Source of the DNA: Bacteroidetes bacterium GWF2_33_38 | GTDB lineage: Bacteria > Bacteroidota > Bacteroidia > Bacteroidales > GWF2-33-38 | Length of the DNA: 64,000 bases | Assembly (NCBI GenBank): GCA_001769505.1 | Contig: MEOF01000019.1 | Span: 68,159 to 132,158, forward strand | Direction of reading: 5' to 3' | Shown here: positions 9,244-18,952 of the stretch, piece by piece | Layout of the letters: the number at the start of each line of letters is the position of its first letter | Position numbering within the stretch: position 1 is the first letter of the stretch | Program-made: the position numbers and the translations under genes | The notes under the pieces: model-generated | What the model saw: only the letters and a program-made list of their open reading frames with translations | Database searches by the model: none | Told to the model about the DNA's origin: nothing

Positions 9244-11340
9244 ATGATTCGTTTGTCAATCATATTTGTTTTTATTTTATTTTCAGTTTCAAGCATAGCT
9301 GGAAATATCGATAGTTTGTTACAAATATTTAACAAAACTAAAACTGAAAAAGACAAAGTCGATTTACTATTTCAAATCGGAAAGGAATACCAAAAAGTCA
9401 ATATCGATTCCGGAATATATTATTTCACAAAAGCTGAAAAAATTGCCGATAAAAATAATATTCAAAATCGAAGGGCTGATATTATAAAAAACATAGGAAA
9501 TTGTTACCAAGCTATAGGGAACTTGGAAAAAGCGTTGGAGCATTACTTAAAGGCACTTGATATTAGTTTAAAAATAGATTCGCTTGATAAAAAAGATACG
9601 TTAAATAAAAAATTATCAGCAAATTTATATCACAATATTTCATTAATCAAAAATTTTCAAGGGGATAATAATCAAGCAATCAGATTATTATACGAAAGTC
9701 GGAAACTCAGACTCGAAATAAATGATTTTTACGGCTTAGCTGTATTTACGTATCCTAGTTTGGGTGCTATATATATGGAACGGGGAGAATATTCGAAAGC
9801 ATCAACATATTTTTACAATGCTCTTGATATTTGGGAAAAATCTGACAATAAAATAGGCATTGCTGATGCTTACGATTATTTAGGTGTAATCAGCGAAAAG
9901 CAAAATGATTATCAAAGGGCTCTGCAATATTATACAAAATCTTTACAGTTAAGAGAAAAAATAGGAGATGAATATTTTTTGTCATTTTCATACAATAACA
10001 TTGGTGTTGCATATTTTCATTTAAAAAATTATGAAAAAGCCTTGGAGTTCTGTGGTAAATCATTGGAAATAAAACTGAAAACTAACGATAAATTAAGTAC
10101 TCGGAACACGTACAGTAACATTGGACTGATATATCAACTTCAAGGGGATTACGAATTGAGTTTGTCTTACTTTTTAAAAACTGTGGAAATAAGTGAAGAG
10201 TTTGAAGACTTATATGAAACAACTAAGGCTTATATTAATGTTGGAACAACATTGGGATATTTAAAAAAGTTTGAATCAGCCGAAGAATATCTAATAAACG
10301 CTTTTGAGATAGCCAAAAAGAATAATTATCTCGATTTACTTAAGGATGTTACTGAAAATATTTCGGTAGTATATCAAAATACTAATCAATATGAAAAAGC
10401 TTTTAACATGCTACTTTTACATAAGCAGATTTCTGATAGTTTGTTTAATGCTGATATGATAAAAAAACTGACAAGTATTGAGTTAAATTACGAGTTTGAA
10501 AAAATACAAGCAACCGATTCAATTAGAATGGCGAGAGTTGCATTTGAAAAAGAATTTCTCCAGAACGAAAAATTGAATCGTCAAAAAATTATCACCTACA
10601 TTCTCATTTTCGGAATTATTATTATGTTGATTATGGCGTACCTTATTTTCCGCACATTTAAAATTAACCAAAAAGCCAAACAAAATGAATTAAAAAGCAG
10701 AGCAACTGAAATCGAAAAAAGTTTGTTGCGTACACAAATGAATCCTCACTTTATATTCAATTCAATGAATTCGATACAGCATTTTATTTCAAAAAACGAC
10801 AGTTACGAGGCAGAAAGGTATTTGTCAAAATTTGCTAAATTAATTCGTTTTATTCTTGAAAATTCCTCCCAGCCATATGTTTGCCTGCATGATGAAATAA
10901 GTTCTCTACAATTATATTTGGAATTAGAACAGTTGAGGTTTAATTATAAATTTGATTTCACGATAAATATTGATGACCGCATTGACGATGAGTTTATTAA
11001 AATTCCTCCAATGTTGATTCAGCCTTATGTCGAAAATGCAATTTTACATGGAATAATGCCCAAAGAAACAAACGGAAGAATATTATTGGAAGTTAAGATT
11101 GATGAAAAGAACAGTGTCCTTTATTGTAATATTGTTGATGACGGAATAGGTCGGGAAAAATCGAAAGAATTGAAATCTAAAAACTCCATCCGACACAAAT
11201 CGATTGGCATGCAAATTACAAACGAACGGCTCAACTTTTTAAATAAAGAAAGTCAATCAAACATTTGGGTAAGAATTATTGACCTAGAGAATGCATCAGG
11301 AACAAGGATAGAACTTACAATCCCATATAAAGATGAATAA
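9244..11340 (+). CDS. TPR-repeat sensor histidine kinase, LytS/YehU type
   Basis: It has a signal peptide and many TPR units (YxxALxYYxKSL). One TM segment (IITYILIFGIIIMLIMAYLIF) follows. NPHFIFNSMNSIQ is the His_kinase PF06580 motif, and a HATPase C-terminus is present. Confidence 0.85.
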   Translation: MIRLSIIFVFILFSVSSIAGNIDSLLQIFNKTKTEKDKVDLLFQIGKEYQKVNIDSGIYYFTKAEKIADKNNIQNRRADIIKNIGNCYQAIGNLEKALEHYLKALDISLKIDSLDKKDTLNKKLSANLYHNISLIKNFQGDNNQAIRLLYESRKLRLEINDFYGLAVFTYPSLGAIYMERGEYSKASTYFYNALDIWEKSDNKIGIADAYDYLGVISEKQNDYQRALQYYTKSLQLREKIGDEYFLSFSYNNIGVAYFHLKNYEKALEFCGKSLEIKLKTNDKLSTRNTYSNIGLIYQLQGDYELSLSYFLKTVEISEEFEDLYETTKAYINVGTTLGYLKKFESAEEYLINAFEIAKKNNYLDLLKDVTENISVVYQNTNQYEKAFNMLLLHKQISDSLFNADMIKKLTSIELNYEFEKIQATDSIRMARVAFEKEFLQNEKLNRQKIITYILIFGIIIMLIMAYLIFRTFKINQKAKQNELKSRATEIEKSLLRTQMNPHFIFNSMNSIQHFISKNDSYEAERYLSKFAKLIRFILENSSQPYVCLHDEISSLQLYLELEQLRFNYKFDFTINIDDRIDDEFIKIPPMLIQPYVENAILHGIMPKETNGRILLEVKIDEKNSVLYCNIVDDGIGREKSKELKSKNSIRHKSIGMQITNERLNFLNKESQSNIWVRIIDLENASGTRIELTIPYKDE

Positions 11341-11393
11341 TTTTTTGATTGCATAAATCCAAATTAATTTCTAAATTGCTACAAATTGTTAAT

Positions 11394-12128
11394 ATGATTC
11401 GAGCAATAATTATTGATGACGAAAAAGCCGGACGAGAAACACTTAAAAATTTTATATCGAAGTATTGCGATGGAATTAACGTTGTTGCCGAAGGAGAATC
11501 CGTAAAATCGGGAATAAAAGTAATTCTCGAGCATTCCCCCGATTTAGTTTTTCTCGATATTCAAATGCATGACGGAACAGGATTCGATTTGCTTGAAATG
11601 CTTCCTCAAATAAATTTTAAACTAATCTTTGTTACATCACATGACCAGTTTGCAATTCGTGCTTTCAAATATAGTGCTATCGATTATTTGTTAAAACCCG
11701 TTGACCCCGACCAACTATTAGCTGCGATTAAAAGAATCCTTGATAAAAATGTTATTTTCGAAATACAAAAAAAATTGGATGTGCTTTTATCGAATAAAAT
11801 TGAAATTAAAAAAATAGCATTGTCCACTTTTGATGGAATACGATTCATTAAAATTGAGGATATTATTCGTTGCGAATCAGATAATAATTATACAATGTTC
11901 TTTTTGAAAAACAAAGAGAAAATACTCGTTTCGAAAACATTGAAAGACTTTGAAACAATGCTATCTGAATTAAGTTTTTTTCGTGTACATAAATCGCATT
12001 TGATTAATATTCAATACATTTCAAGATTTGTTCCCGATGACGGAGGATATCTAATAATGGAAGATAATTCAAAAATCGAGGTTTCACGACGAAAAAAAGA
12101 TGGACTACTCTCAATTTTGATGAAATAA
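11394..12128 (+). CDS. LytTR-family response regulator
   Basis: The receiver domain shows MIRAIIIDDE...DLVFLDIQM. The LytTR DNA-binding domain shows FFRVHKSHLINIQYI. The ATG is at 11394; the track ORF starts at an upstream TTG. Confidence 0.85.
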   Translation: MIRAIIIDDEKAGRETLKNFISKYCDGINVVAEGESVKSGIKVILEHSPDLVFLDIQMHDGTGFDLLEMLPQINFKLIFVTSHDQFAIRAFKYSAIDYLLKPVDPDQLLAAIKRILDKNVIFEIQKKLDVLLSNKIEIKKIALSTFDGIRFIKIEDIIRCESDNNYTMFFLKNKEKILVSKTLKDFETMLSELSFFRVHKSHLINIQYISRFVPDDGGYLIMEDNSKIEVSRRKKDGLLSILMK

Positions 12129-12226
12129 AAACAATTCACTTTGTTTAGATATTTATTCCTTTTATCGTCTCATTTAAAACGCTTGTCAACGTAAAATTTT
12201 CATTTATCATTTACGAGGTTTTTCCC

Positions 12227-12258
12227 ATTAACTAAATGAATGCCACCGTTAACTAATT
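12227..12258 (+). promoter_or_regulatory. Candidate LytTR regulator binding site (direct repeat with 21-nt period)
   Basis: ATTAACTAAAT (12227-12237) and GTTAACTAATT (12248-12258) share the core TTAACTAA exactly 21 nt apart. The second repeat ends 29 nt upstream of the -7 box at 12287. Confidence 0.45.
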
Positions 12259-12286
12259 TGGTATTTTATAAAGAGTAATTCTCAGT

Positions 12287-12294
12287 TATGTTTG
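12287..12294 (+). promoter_or_regulatory. Bacteroidota -7 promoter box TATGTTTG
   Basis: It matches TAnnTTTG and lies 33 nt upstream of the ATG at 12327. Confidence 0.4.
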
Positions 12295-12326
12295 CTTTAA
12301 ATATTATTTATTTAAACAAAACATAT

Positions 12327-12815
12327 ATGAAAAAACTCTTGTCATTTGCAATGTGCTATTTTATCGGATTAGGTCTGATATTGGCTCAAAGCACAACTCC
12401 TGAAGTAGTTTCTTCAGGCGGAGAATTCTTCGAAGGTTCTAATGCTAGCCTAAGCTGGACGGTCGGAGAAACAATCACGGAAACTTCTGGAAACCTGAAT
12501 ATTTCATTAACACAAGGGTTTCAGCAAGGTTCTTACACCATTGTTAATATTTATGAAAAGCCCGAATCGAAAATTAGTATTTCTATTTTTCCGAATCCGA
12601 CTACCGATTTTATAAATATTAACATCAACAACTCTGACGAAACTTTTGAAGTTTGGCTTATTGACATTAATGGGAAAACAATTTTTAGCGATAATTCTAT
12701 TACAAAATCGAGTAAGATTGATTTGTCATCATATTTAGCTTCTAATTATATATTGAAAGTTAAAAGCAAAGATGGCAGTTTGTTAAAGTCATATAAAATC
12801 ATAAAAAACAGTTAA
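12327..12815 (+). CDS. Secreted protein with T9SS C-terminal sorting domain
   Basis: The signal peptide is MKKLLSFAMCYFIGLGLILAQS. The C-terminal ISIFPNPTTDFINININ...YILKVKSKDGSLLKSYKIIK is typical of a T9SS CTD (Por secretion tail). Confidence 0.75.
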   Translation: MKKLLSFAMCYFIGLGLILAQSTTPEVVSSGGEFFEGSNASLSWTVGETITETSGNLNISLTQGFQQGSYTIVNIYEKPESKISISIFPNPTTDFINININNSDETFEVWLIDINGKTIFSDNSITKSSKIDLSSYLASNYILKVKSKDGSLLKSYKIIKNS

Positions 12816-12839
12816 TAATAACCCTTAAATTAAATATGT

Positions 12840-15800
12840 ATGAAAAAGTTTTTACTTACAATTGCAGCAATTATAATGGTAGCCATTACTTTTGCTCAAA
12901 CACCAAATGCTTTTAAATATCAAGCTATTGCTAGAGATGTTGCTGGCAACATCATTCAAAACCAAAACGTAAGTTTTCGAATTAGCATAGTGGAAAATGG
13001 TGTTGATGTTTATACCGAAACATTCTTAACATTAACTAATAATTTTGGATTGGTAAATCTAGAAATTGGAAATGGAAACGTAGAATTTGGCGATTTCACA
13101 ACAATTGATTGGACCAATAATACATTTTCGCTTAAAATTGAATTTGATGTAGAAGGAGGCTCGGCATTTGAACTTATGGGAACTTCAAATTTATTAGCGG
13201 TTCCTTTTGCTCTTCATGCAAAAACAGCCGAAAATGGATTTAGTGGTAACTATAACGACCTCGCCAATGCTCCTGATTTGTCAAATTTTGATGCGAACTC
13301 TACAGACGATTTCTCGGGCGATTATGTCGATTTAACAAATAAACCAACACTTGCAGGAGACGTCGTAGGCGATTTATCGACTAATACAGTTGAAAAAATT
13401 CAAGGTATGACTGTTTCAACAAATATTCCGGCTAACGGACAAGTTTTAAAATGGAATGCTACTTCTCAAACTTGGGAACCAAACGACGACGCCTTGGGTG
13501 CTGCAGGAACAACCGATGGCGTTGTTACTTCGGTAAATGTTAGTGGAACAAGTTCAAAAACGATAACATTGATGCGTTCAAATAGCTTGGGCGATTTAAC
13601 GGCAATTTTTACCGACGAAGTAAATGATGCTGACGCTGACCCAACAAACGAATTACAAGATATTTCGTTAACTGGAACAAGTCTTTCTATTTCTAACGGA
13701 AGCACCATTGATTTATCAGCAATTGATACCGATACTCAATTAAGTGAGGCAGAAGTTGATTCTTATGTTAGCGATAATGGATATTTAACATCGTTTACCG
13801 AAGTTGACGCAAGCACAACCAACGAATTACAAGATATTTCGTTAACTGGAACAAGTCTTTCTATTTCAGATGGTAGTACCATTGATTTATCTACAATCGA
13901 TACCGATACTCAATTAAGCGAAGCAGAAGTTGATTCTTATGTAAGCAACAATGGATATCTTACTAGTTTTACCGAAGTTGACGCAAGCACAACCAACGAG
14001 ATTCAAACTCTTTCATTATCAGGATCTGATTTGAGCATTTCGGATGGAAATACAATCGACTTATCTTCTTTGGGAGGAAACGATACCGACGATCAAACGT
14101 TGAATTGGTATTCTGCAACTGGGTACTTAGAAATTACAGACGGAAATTATGTCCAACTAACTGGGCTTGATTATAGTACATCAAACGAAATTCAAGATAT
14201 TTATCTAAGTGGTAATACAGTAAGTTTAAGTGGAACATCGTCAACTATAAATCTTTCGTCATATCTTGATAATACCGATGCTCAAACCCTTTCATTATCA
14301 GGAGATATGTTAACTATATCAGGAGGTAATTCAATTAATTTAGCTTCAATTGGAGAAACCGATACTGATAACCAAACACTATCATTATCAGGAGTAACAT
14401 TAAGTATTGCTGATGGAAACTCCGTCGATTTATCAACTATTGACACAAAACTTTCAGAAGCAGAAGTTGATGCATATGTTGGTAATAATGGTTATTTAAC
14501 AACTTTTGCTGAAGTTGATGGAAGCACAACTAATGAAATTCAAACATTATCATTATCAGGAAATACTCTTTCAATAAATGGCGGAAATTCAATTACATTA
14601 CCATCAGAAGTAGATGCAAGCACCACAAACGAAATTCAAGATTTATCTTTATCAGGAAATACCTTGAGTTTATCGAGTGATGCATCAACGGTAAGTTTAG
14701 CAGGATATTTAGATAATACCGATTCACAAACATTATCAATTTCAGGAAGTACGCTTTCTTTAACAAATGGCGGTTCTGTAACTTTACCAGCTGCTGTTGA
14801 AGTTGATGGTAGCACTACAAACGAAATTCAAGATGCCTATTTATCAGCTTATTATTTAGGATTGACTGGTAGTTCAGAATTTGTTAATCTTGGAATTTTT
14901 ATGGATAATACTGATGCTCAAACTCTTTCATTATCAGGAAGTAACTTAAGTATTTCAGGAGGAAATACGCTTGATTTATCTTCTCTCAGTGGAGACTCTG
15001 ATACTGATGATCAAACCTTAAGCTTAAGCGGAACAACCTTAACAATTGCTGACGGAAACTCAGTTGATTTATCTTCAATTGATACCGATACGCAATTGTC
15101 AGAAGCCGAAGTTGATAGCTATGTTAGCGATAACGGATATTTAACAAGTTTTACAGAAGTTGATGGTAGTACAACCAACGAAATACAAGATTTATCATTG
15201 TCAGGCAACACATTAAGTTTATCTAGCGATGCTTCAAACGTAAGTTTAGCAGCATATTTAGATAATACAGACTCTCAATCCTTATCACTATCTGGTTCTG
15301 ACTTATCAATTTCTGGCGGAAATACAGTTAGTTTAAGTTCTCTTGTTGGGGCTGATGACCAAACTTTAAGTGAAGTTTTAACTTCTGGAACCGATGCTGG
15401 AAACAAAAATATCGTAAATGTTGCTCAAGCCGGAATTGGAACAGCAACGCCAAATGCGAGTGCAGCGTTAGAAATTTCAAGTACTACCAAAGGGTTTTTA
15501 CCTCCTCGTATGACTGAAACTCAAATGCTTGCATTAACCGCAGTAGAGGGTTTAACGGTTTATAACACAACCAATAGAGTTCTTGTTTTTTACAATGGAA
15601 GCGAGTGGAGAAATTATGACAATACTCCATATCTTTATGTTGGAAAATCATATCAAGGTGGAGTTATTGCCTACATATACACCAATGGAGATGCTGGCTA
15701 TGTTGCTGACGAAATTCATGGAATTATTGCAACTCCTTCTGATCAAAGTTCATCTGCAATTTGGGGTTGTAATACAATTTTTGTAGGGACAAATAGTGGA

Positions 15801-16103
15801 TTGGGACAAGGTCAAACAAGTACAGATAATATAATTGCAGCATGTGCAACAGTAGGTATAGCAGCTAGAATTTGTAATGATTTGGTTTTAGATACTTATG
15901 GAGATTGGTTTCTTCCTAGTAAAGATGAATTGTATAAACTTTATTCTAACAGAACAAGTATTGGAGGTTTTACGACAGGAAATTATTGGACATCAACACA
16001 GTATTCAACATCAAATGCCTATTACTATAATTTTTCAAATGGCGTTTCATATAATACAAATAAAGAAAATTTTAATATAGTTCGTGCTGTTCGATATTTT
16101 TAA
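12840..16103 (+). CDS. Large repeat-rich surface protein with C-terminal DUF1566 (Lcl-like) domain
   Basis: A signal peptide is followed by long arrays of TNE(I/L)QDxSLSGxxLSxS and DTDTQLSEAEVDSYVS(D/N)NGYLTSFTEVD units. The C-terminus with GDWFLPSKDELYKLY and YWTSTQYS is typical of DUF1566. Confidence 0.75.
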   Translation: MKKFLLTIAAIIMVAITFAQTPNAFKYQAIARDVAGNIIQNQNVSFRISIVENGVDVYTETFLTLTNNFGLVNLEIGNGNVEFGDFTTIDWTNNTFSLKIEFDVEGGSAFELMGTSNLLAVPFALHAKTAENGFSGNYNDLANAPDLSNFDANSTDDFSGDYVDLTNKPTLAGDVVGDLSTNTVEKIQGMTVSTNIPANGQVLKWNATSQTWEPNDDALGAAGTTDGVVTSVNVSGTSSKTITLMRSNSLGDLTAIFTDEVNDADADPTNELQDISLTGTSLSISNGSTIDLSAIDTDTQLSEAEVDSYVSDNGYLTSFTEVDASTTNELQDISLTGTSLSISDGSTIDLSTIDTDTQLSEAEVDSYVSNNGYLTSFTEVDASTTNEIQTLSLSGSDLSISDGNTIDLSSLGGNDTDDQTLNWYSATGYLEITDGNYVQLTGLDYSTSNEIQDIYLSGNTVSLSGTSSTINLSSYLDNTDAQTLSLSGDMLTISGGNSINLASIGETDTDNQTLSLSGVTLSIADGNSVDLSTIDTKLSEAEVDAYVGNNGYLTTFAEVDGSTTNEIQTLSLSGNTLSINGGNSITLPSEVDASTTNEIQDLSLSGNTLSLSSDASTVSLAGYLDNTDSQTLSISGSTLSLTNGGSVTLPAAVEVDGSTTNEIQDAYLSAYYLGLTGSSEFVNLGIFMDNTDAQTLSLSGSNLSISGGNTLDLSSLSGDSDTDDQTLSLSGTTLTIADGNSVDLSSIDTDTQLSEAEVDSYVSDNGYLTSFTEVDGSTTNEIQDLSLSGNTLSLSSDASNVSLAAYLDNTDSQSLSLSGSDLSISGGNTVSLSSLVGADDQTLSEVLTSGTDAGNKNIVNVAQAGIGTATPNASAALEISSTTKGFLPPRMTETQMLALTAVEGLTVYNTTNRVLVFYNGSEWRNYDNTPYLYVGKSYQGGVIAYIYTNGDAGYVADEIHGIIATPSDQSSSAIWGCNTIFVGTNSGLGQGQTSTDNIIAACATVGIAARICNDLVLDTYGDWFLPSKDELYKLYSNRTSIGGFTTGNYWTSTQYSTSNAYYYNFSNGVSYNTNKENFNIVRAVRYF
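13641..15360 (+). repeat. Intragenic tandem/interspersed coding repeats (unit of about 174 bp, 58 aa)
   Basis: Near-identical units start near 13641 and 13815 (TNELQDISLTGTSLSIS.GSTIDLS.IDTDTQLSEAEVDSYVS.NGYLTSFTEVDAST). A further copy lies near 15060-15190, with many shorter related units between. The boundaries are approximate. Confidence 0.8.
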
Positions 16104-16126
16104 AACTCAATTCATATAAATAATTT

Positions 16127-16161
16127 CGAGGCTATTCAAAAAGGATAGCCTCGTTTGTTTT
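16127..16161 (+). terminator. Rho-independent terminator after the adhesin gene
   Basis: The stem CGAGGCTAT (16127-16135) pairs with ATAGCCTCG (16145-16153) and is followed by TTTGTTTT. Confidence 0.7.
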
Positions 16162-16237
16162 ATAATTTTATTGACAACTTAAAATTATACCATTACTACA
16201 AAATCACGAGCCTAAATTTTAGCTACTTTTGCCTTCA

Positions 16238-18484
16238 ATGAAGACTATTTATTTTCATATTAAAGGCTTAGTGCAGGGAGTTGGTTTTAGACCATTTGTG
16301 TATAGAATTGCTTTGCGGTACAACATGAAAGGTTGGGTTGATAACCGAAACGACGGAGTTCATATCACAGTTACCGATGAATATGGTAAAATTCAATCAT
16401 TCATAAAGGATATTCGTTTGGAAGCTCCGATGGCTTCAAAAATTGTTTCCATTGATGAAAAAGTTTTAAATACTGAATTATTTAATGATTTTAAAATCGT
16501 TAAAAGCAAAGATATTTCGAATGAAATTACAGAGATTAGTCCTGATATTTGCGTTTGCGACGAATGTTTAGCCGATATGAAAATTCAACCCAATAGACTT
16601 TCGTATCCGTTTATAAATTGCACAAATTGTGGACCTCGTTTTACCATTATTCAAGATTTGCCTTACGATAGAGAAAAAACGACTATGAAATCTTTTGTAA
16701 TGTGCGAAAGTTGCAAATCGGAATACACAAGTATTTTAGACCGTCGATTTCATGCTCAACCTATTGCTTGCTCAGTTTGCGGTCCGGAATATACCTTGTA
16801 TTTTGAAGATAAAATAGAACAAAATTTTGAAAAAATCATTTCAATCACATCAAATTTAATCGACAATGGGAAAATAGTTGGAATTAAAGGAATTGGAGGC
16901 TTTTTTATTGCATGCGATGCCAAAAATAACAATGCTGTAAGCGAATTGCGGAATAGAAAACATCGTGAAGGAAAGCCTTTGGCTGTTATGTTCCGCGATA
17001 TTGAATCGGCTCAACAATTTGTTGAAATATCCGATATCGAAAAAACAAGTTTGCTATCGTGGCAACGACCAATTGTACTCCTAAAAATCAAGGATAATCT
17101 AGCTGAAAAAGTTGCCAATGGATTAAAAACAATTGGTAGTTTGCTGCCTTACATGCCTTTCCATTATCTGTTGTTTGATAAATTGAAAACTCCTGCCATA
17201 GTGCTTACTAGTGGAAATGTTTCTGATGACCCAATTATCACTGATAATCAAACGGCTCTTGAAAAGCTTTCCGGAATTTGTGATGCAATAGTTACTTACA
17301 ATCGCGAAATATATAATCGTACCGATGATTCTGTAATTACGTTCTTCAATAAGGAAGAAAAAATTTTGAGACGTTCGCGTGGTTATGTGCCTTCTCCCAT
17401 TAACTTAAATATGTCGGTAGATGGAATTATCGCTACCGGAGCCGAATTGGTCAATTGTTTTTGCGTTGGTAAAAACAATCAAGCTTTTATGAGCCAGCAT
17501 ATTGGAGATTTAAAAAATATCGAAACGCTTAATTTTTATGAAGAGTCACTTGAACGATTTAAAAAACTTTTTCGGATTTCTCCCAATTATATTGTTTCTG
17601 ATTTACACCCCGATTATTTATCGACAAAATATGCCATTAATACGGGGTTGAAACATATTCGGGTTCAACATCATCATGCACACATTGCTTCGTGCATGGC
17701 TGAACATAATCTCGATGAAAAAGTGATTGGAGTAAGTTTTGATGGAACAGGGCTTGGCGACGATGGAAACAGTTGGGGAAGCGAATTTTTTGTTTGCGAT
17801 TTACTCGACTACAAAAGATACACTCATTTCGAATATCTTCCATTGCCGGGTGGCGATAAGACAAGTAAAGAAAGTTATCGTATGGGAATTTCGTATTTGT
17901 ATAAAACTTTTGGGAAAGATTTCACGAAACTCGAAATACCATTCGTAAAAAATCTTGATAAAGAAAAAACTAAGTTGATATTATTGGCAATTGATAAAAA
18001 AATTAATGTGCCTCTTAGTTCAAGTTCGGGTAGATTGTTCGATGCCGTTGCTGCAATCATTAATCTTTGCACTTTATCAACTTTTCAAGCCGAAGCACCT
18101 ATGCGGTTAGAAGCCATTATTGAGCAAAACAGTAATGAGAAATACGAATATTCGTTTAACGATACAATTTCGTTTAACGAAACTATTAAAGGAATTGTTA
18201 CCGATTTAATAAATGGTGTTTCGACTTCGATTATTTCCGCCAAATTTCACAATACAATTATTGATGTGATTTTGGAAGTTGTAAGTAAAATCTCAATTGA
18301 ATATAAATTAAATAAAGTTGCATTATCGGGCGGAACTTTCCAAAATCGCTATTTGACCGAAAATCTCATGAATAAACTTTCGTCGAAAAAGTTTGACGTT
18401 TACACACAATCAAAAATTCCAATGAACGACGGAGGTATAGCTCTTGGACAATTAGTAATTGCAGCAAAAAAAATCAAGACCTGA
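16238..18484 (+). CDS. hypF: Carbamoyltransferase HypF
   Basis: The acylphosphatase N-terminus shows IKGLVQGVGFRPFVYRIA. Two zinc-finger pairs are present (CDECLADM...CTNCGPRF and CESC...CSVCGPEY). YrdC-like and Kae1-like domains follow. The length (about 748 aa) fits. Confidence 0.9.
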   Translation: MKTIYFHIKGLVQGVGFRPFVYRIALRYNMKGWVDNRNDGVHITVTDEYGKIQSFIKDIRLEAPMASKIVSIDEKVLNTELFNDFKIVKSKDISNEITEISPDICVCDECLADMKIQPNRLSYPFINCTNCGPRFTIIQDLPYDREKTTMKSFVMCESCKSEYTSILDRRFHAQPIACSVCGPEYTLYFEDKIEQNFEKIISITSNLIDNGKIVGIKGIGGFFIACDAKNNNAVSELRNRKHREGKPLAVMFRDIESAQQFVEISDIEKTSLLSWQRPIVLLKIKDNLAEKVANGLKTIGSLLPYMPFHYLLFDKLKTPAIVLTSGNVSDDPIITDNQTALEKLSGICDAIVTYNREIYNRTDDSVITFFNKEEKILRRSRGYVPSPINLNMSVDGIIATGAELVNCFCVGKNNQAFMSQHIGDLKNIETLNFYEESLERFKKLFRISPNYIVSDLHPDYLSTKYAINTGLKHIRVQHHHAHIASCMAEHNLDEKVIGVSFDGTGLGDDGNSWGSEFFVCDLLDYKRYTHFEYLPLPGGDKTSKESYRMGISYLYKTFGKDFTKLEIPFVKNLDKEKTKLILLAIDKKINVPLSSSSGRLFDAVAAIINLCTLSTFQAEAPMRLEAIIEQNSNEKYEYSFNDTISFNETIKGIVTDLINGVSTSIISAKFHNTIIDVILEVVSKISIEYKLNKVALSGGTFQNRYLTENLMNKLSSKKFDVYTQSKIPMNDGGIALGQLVIAAKKIKT

Positions 18485-18513
18485 AAATGTTGTTTGCAGG
18501 TCTTATTTTTTTA
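18477..18513 (+). terminator. Rho-independent terminator overlapping the hypF stop codon
   Basis: AGACCTG (18477-18483) pairs with CAGGTCT (18497-18503) and is followed by TATTTTTTT. Confidence 0.6.
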
Positions 18514-18556
18514 GATATTTTTTGTAATTTTAAACTTTAGGAAAATTTGATTTATC

Positions 18557-18880
18557 ATGAAAAACAATTTAATTAAATTAATTATTGCAGTCATATTAAC
18601 TTTATATCCTATGTATGAAATTATTGCATGGATACATATATTCTACAAATACAGTAACTTACAACAGCTTGATAAAGTTGCAAAATTTCATTCCGAATTT
18701 TATTTTATTTTTGAAAATACATATTTAAGTACATTTATGGGACTTGGATTTTCGGTCGCTGCTATCATTATCCTCTTTTTTATAGAAGCAAAAAAAGTCA
18801 ATTTTTTAAATGTCTTTAAATATTTTTTTATTGTGATTAATATTTTAGCAGGACTTTTAATTCTTTGGGGATTAATGTAG
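18557..18880 (+). CDS. Small integral membrane protein (3 predicted TM segments)
   Basis: The call rests on hydrophobic segments only. No family was recognised. Confidence 0.4.
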   Translation: MKNNLIKLIIAVILTLYPMYEIIAWIHIFYKYSNLQQLDKVAKFHSEFYFIFENTYLSTFMGLGFSVAAIIILFFIEAKKVNFLNVFKYFFIVINILAGLLILWGLM

Positions 18881-18920
18881 AAAATTATTAATTATATTTA
18901 ATCTCTTTTAAACTTTATGA

Positions 18921-18937
18921 ACTTTACAAACTTTTTA
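18921..18937 (+). repeat. Dispersed AT-rich repeat (ACTTTACAAACTTTTTA), copy 1
   Basis: A 17-nt exact match to 31770-31786. Confidence 0.8.
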
Positions 18938-18952
18938 CTTTACAACTAAAAT

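Noticed and set aside
16224-16231. TACTTTTG as the hypF promoter -7 box.
   Set aside because: It lies only 7 nt from the ATG at 16238, which would imply a leaderless transcript. That is possible but too uncertain to list as a feature.
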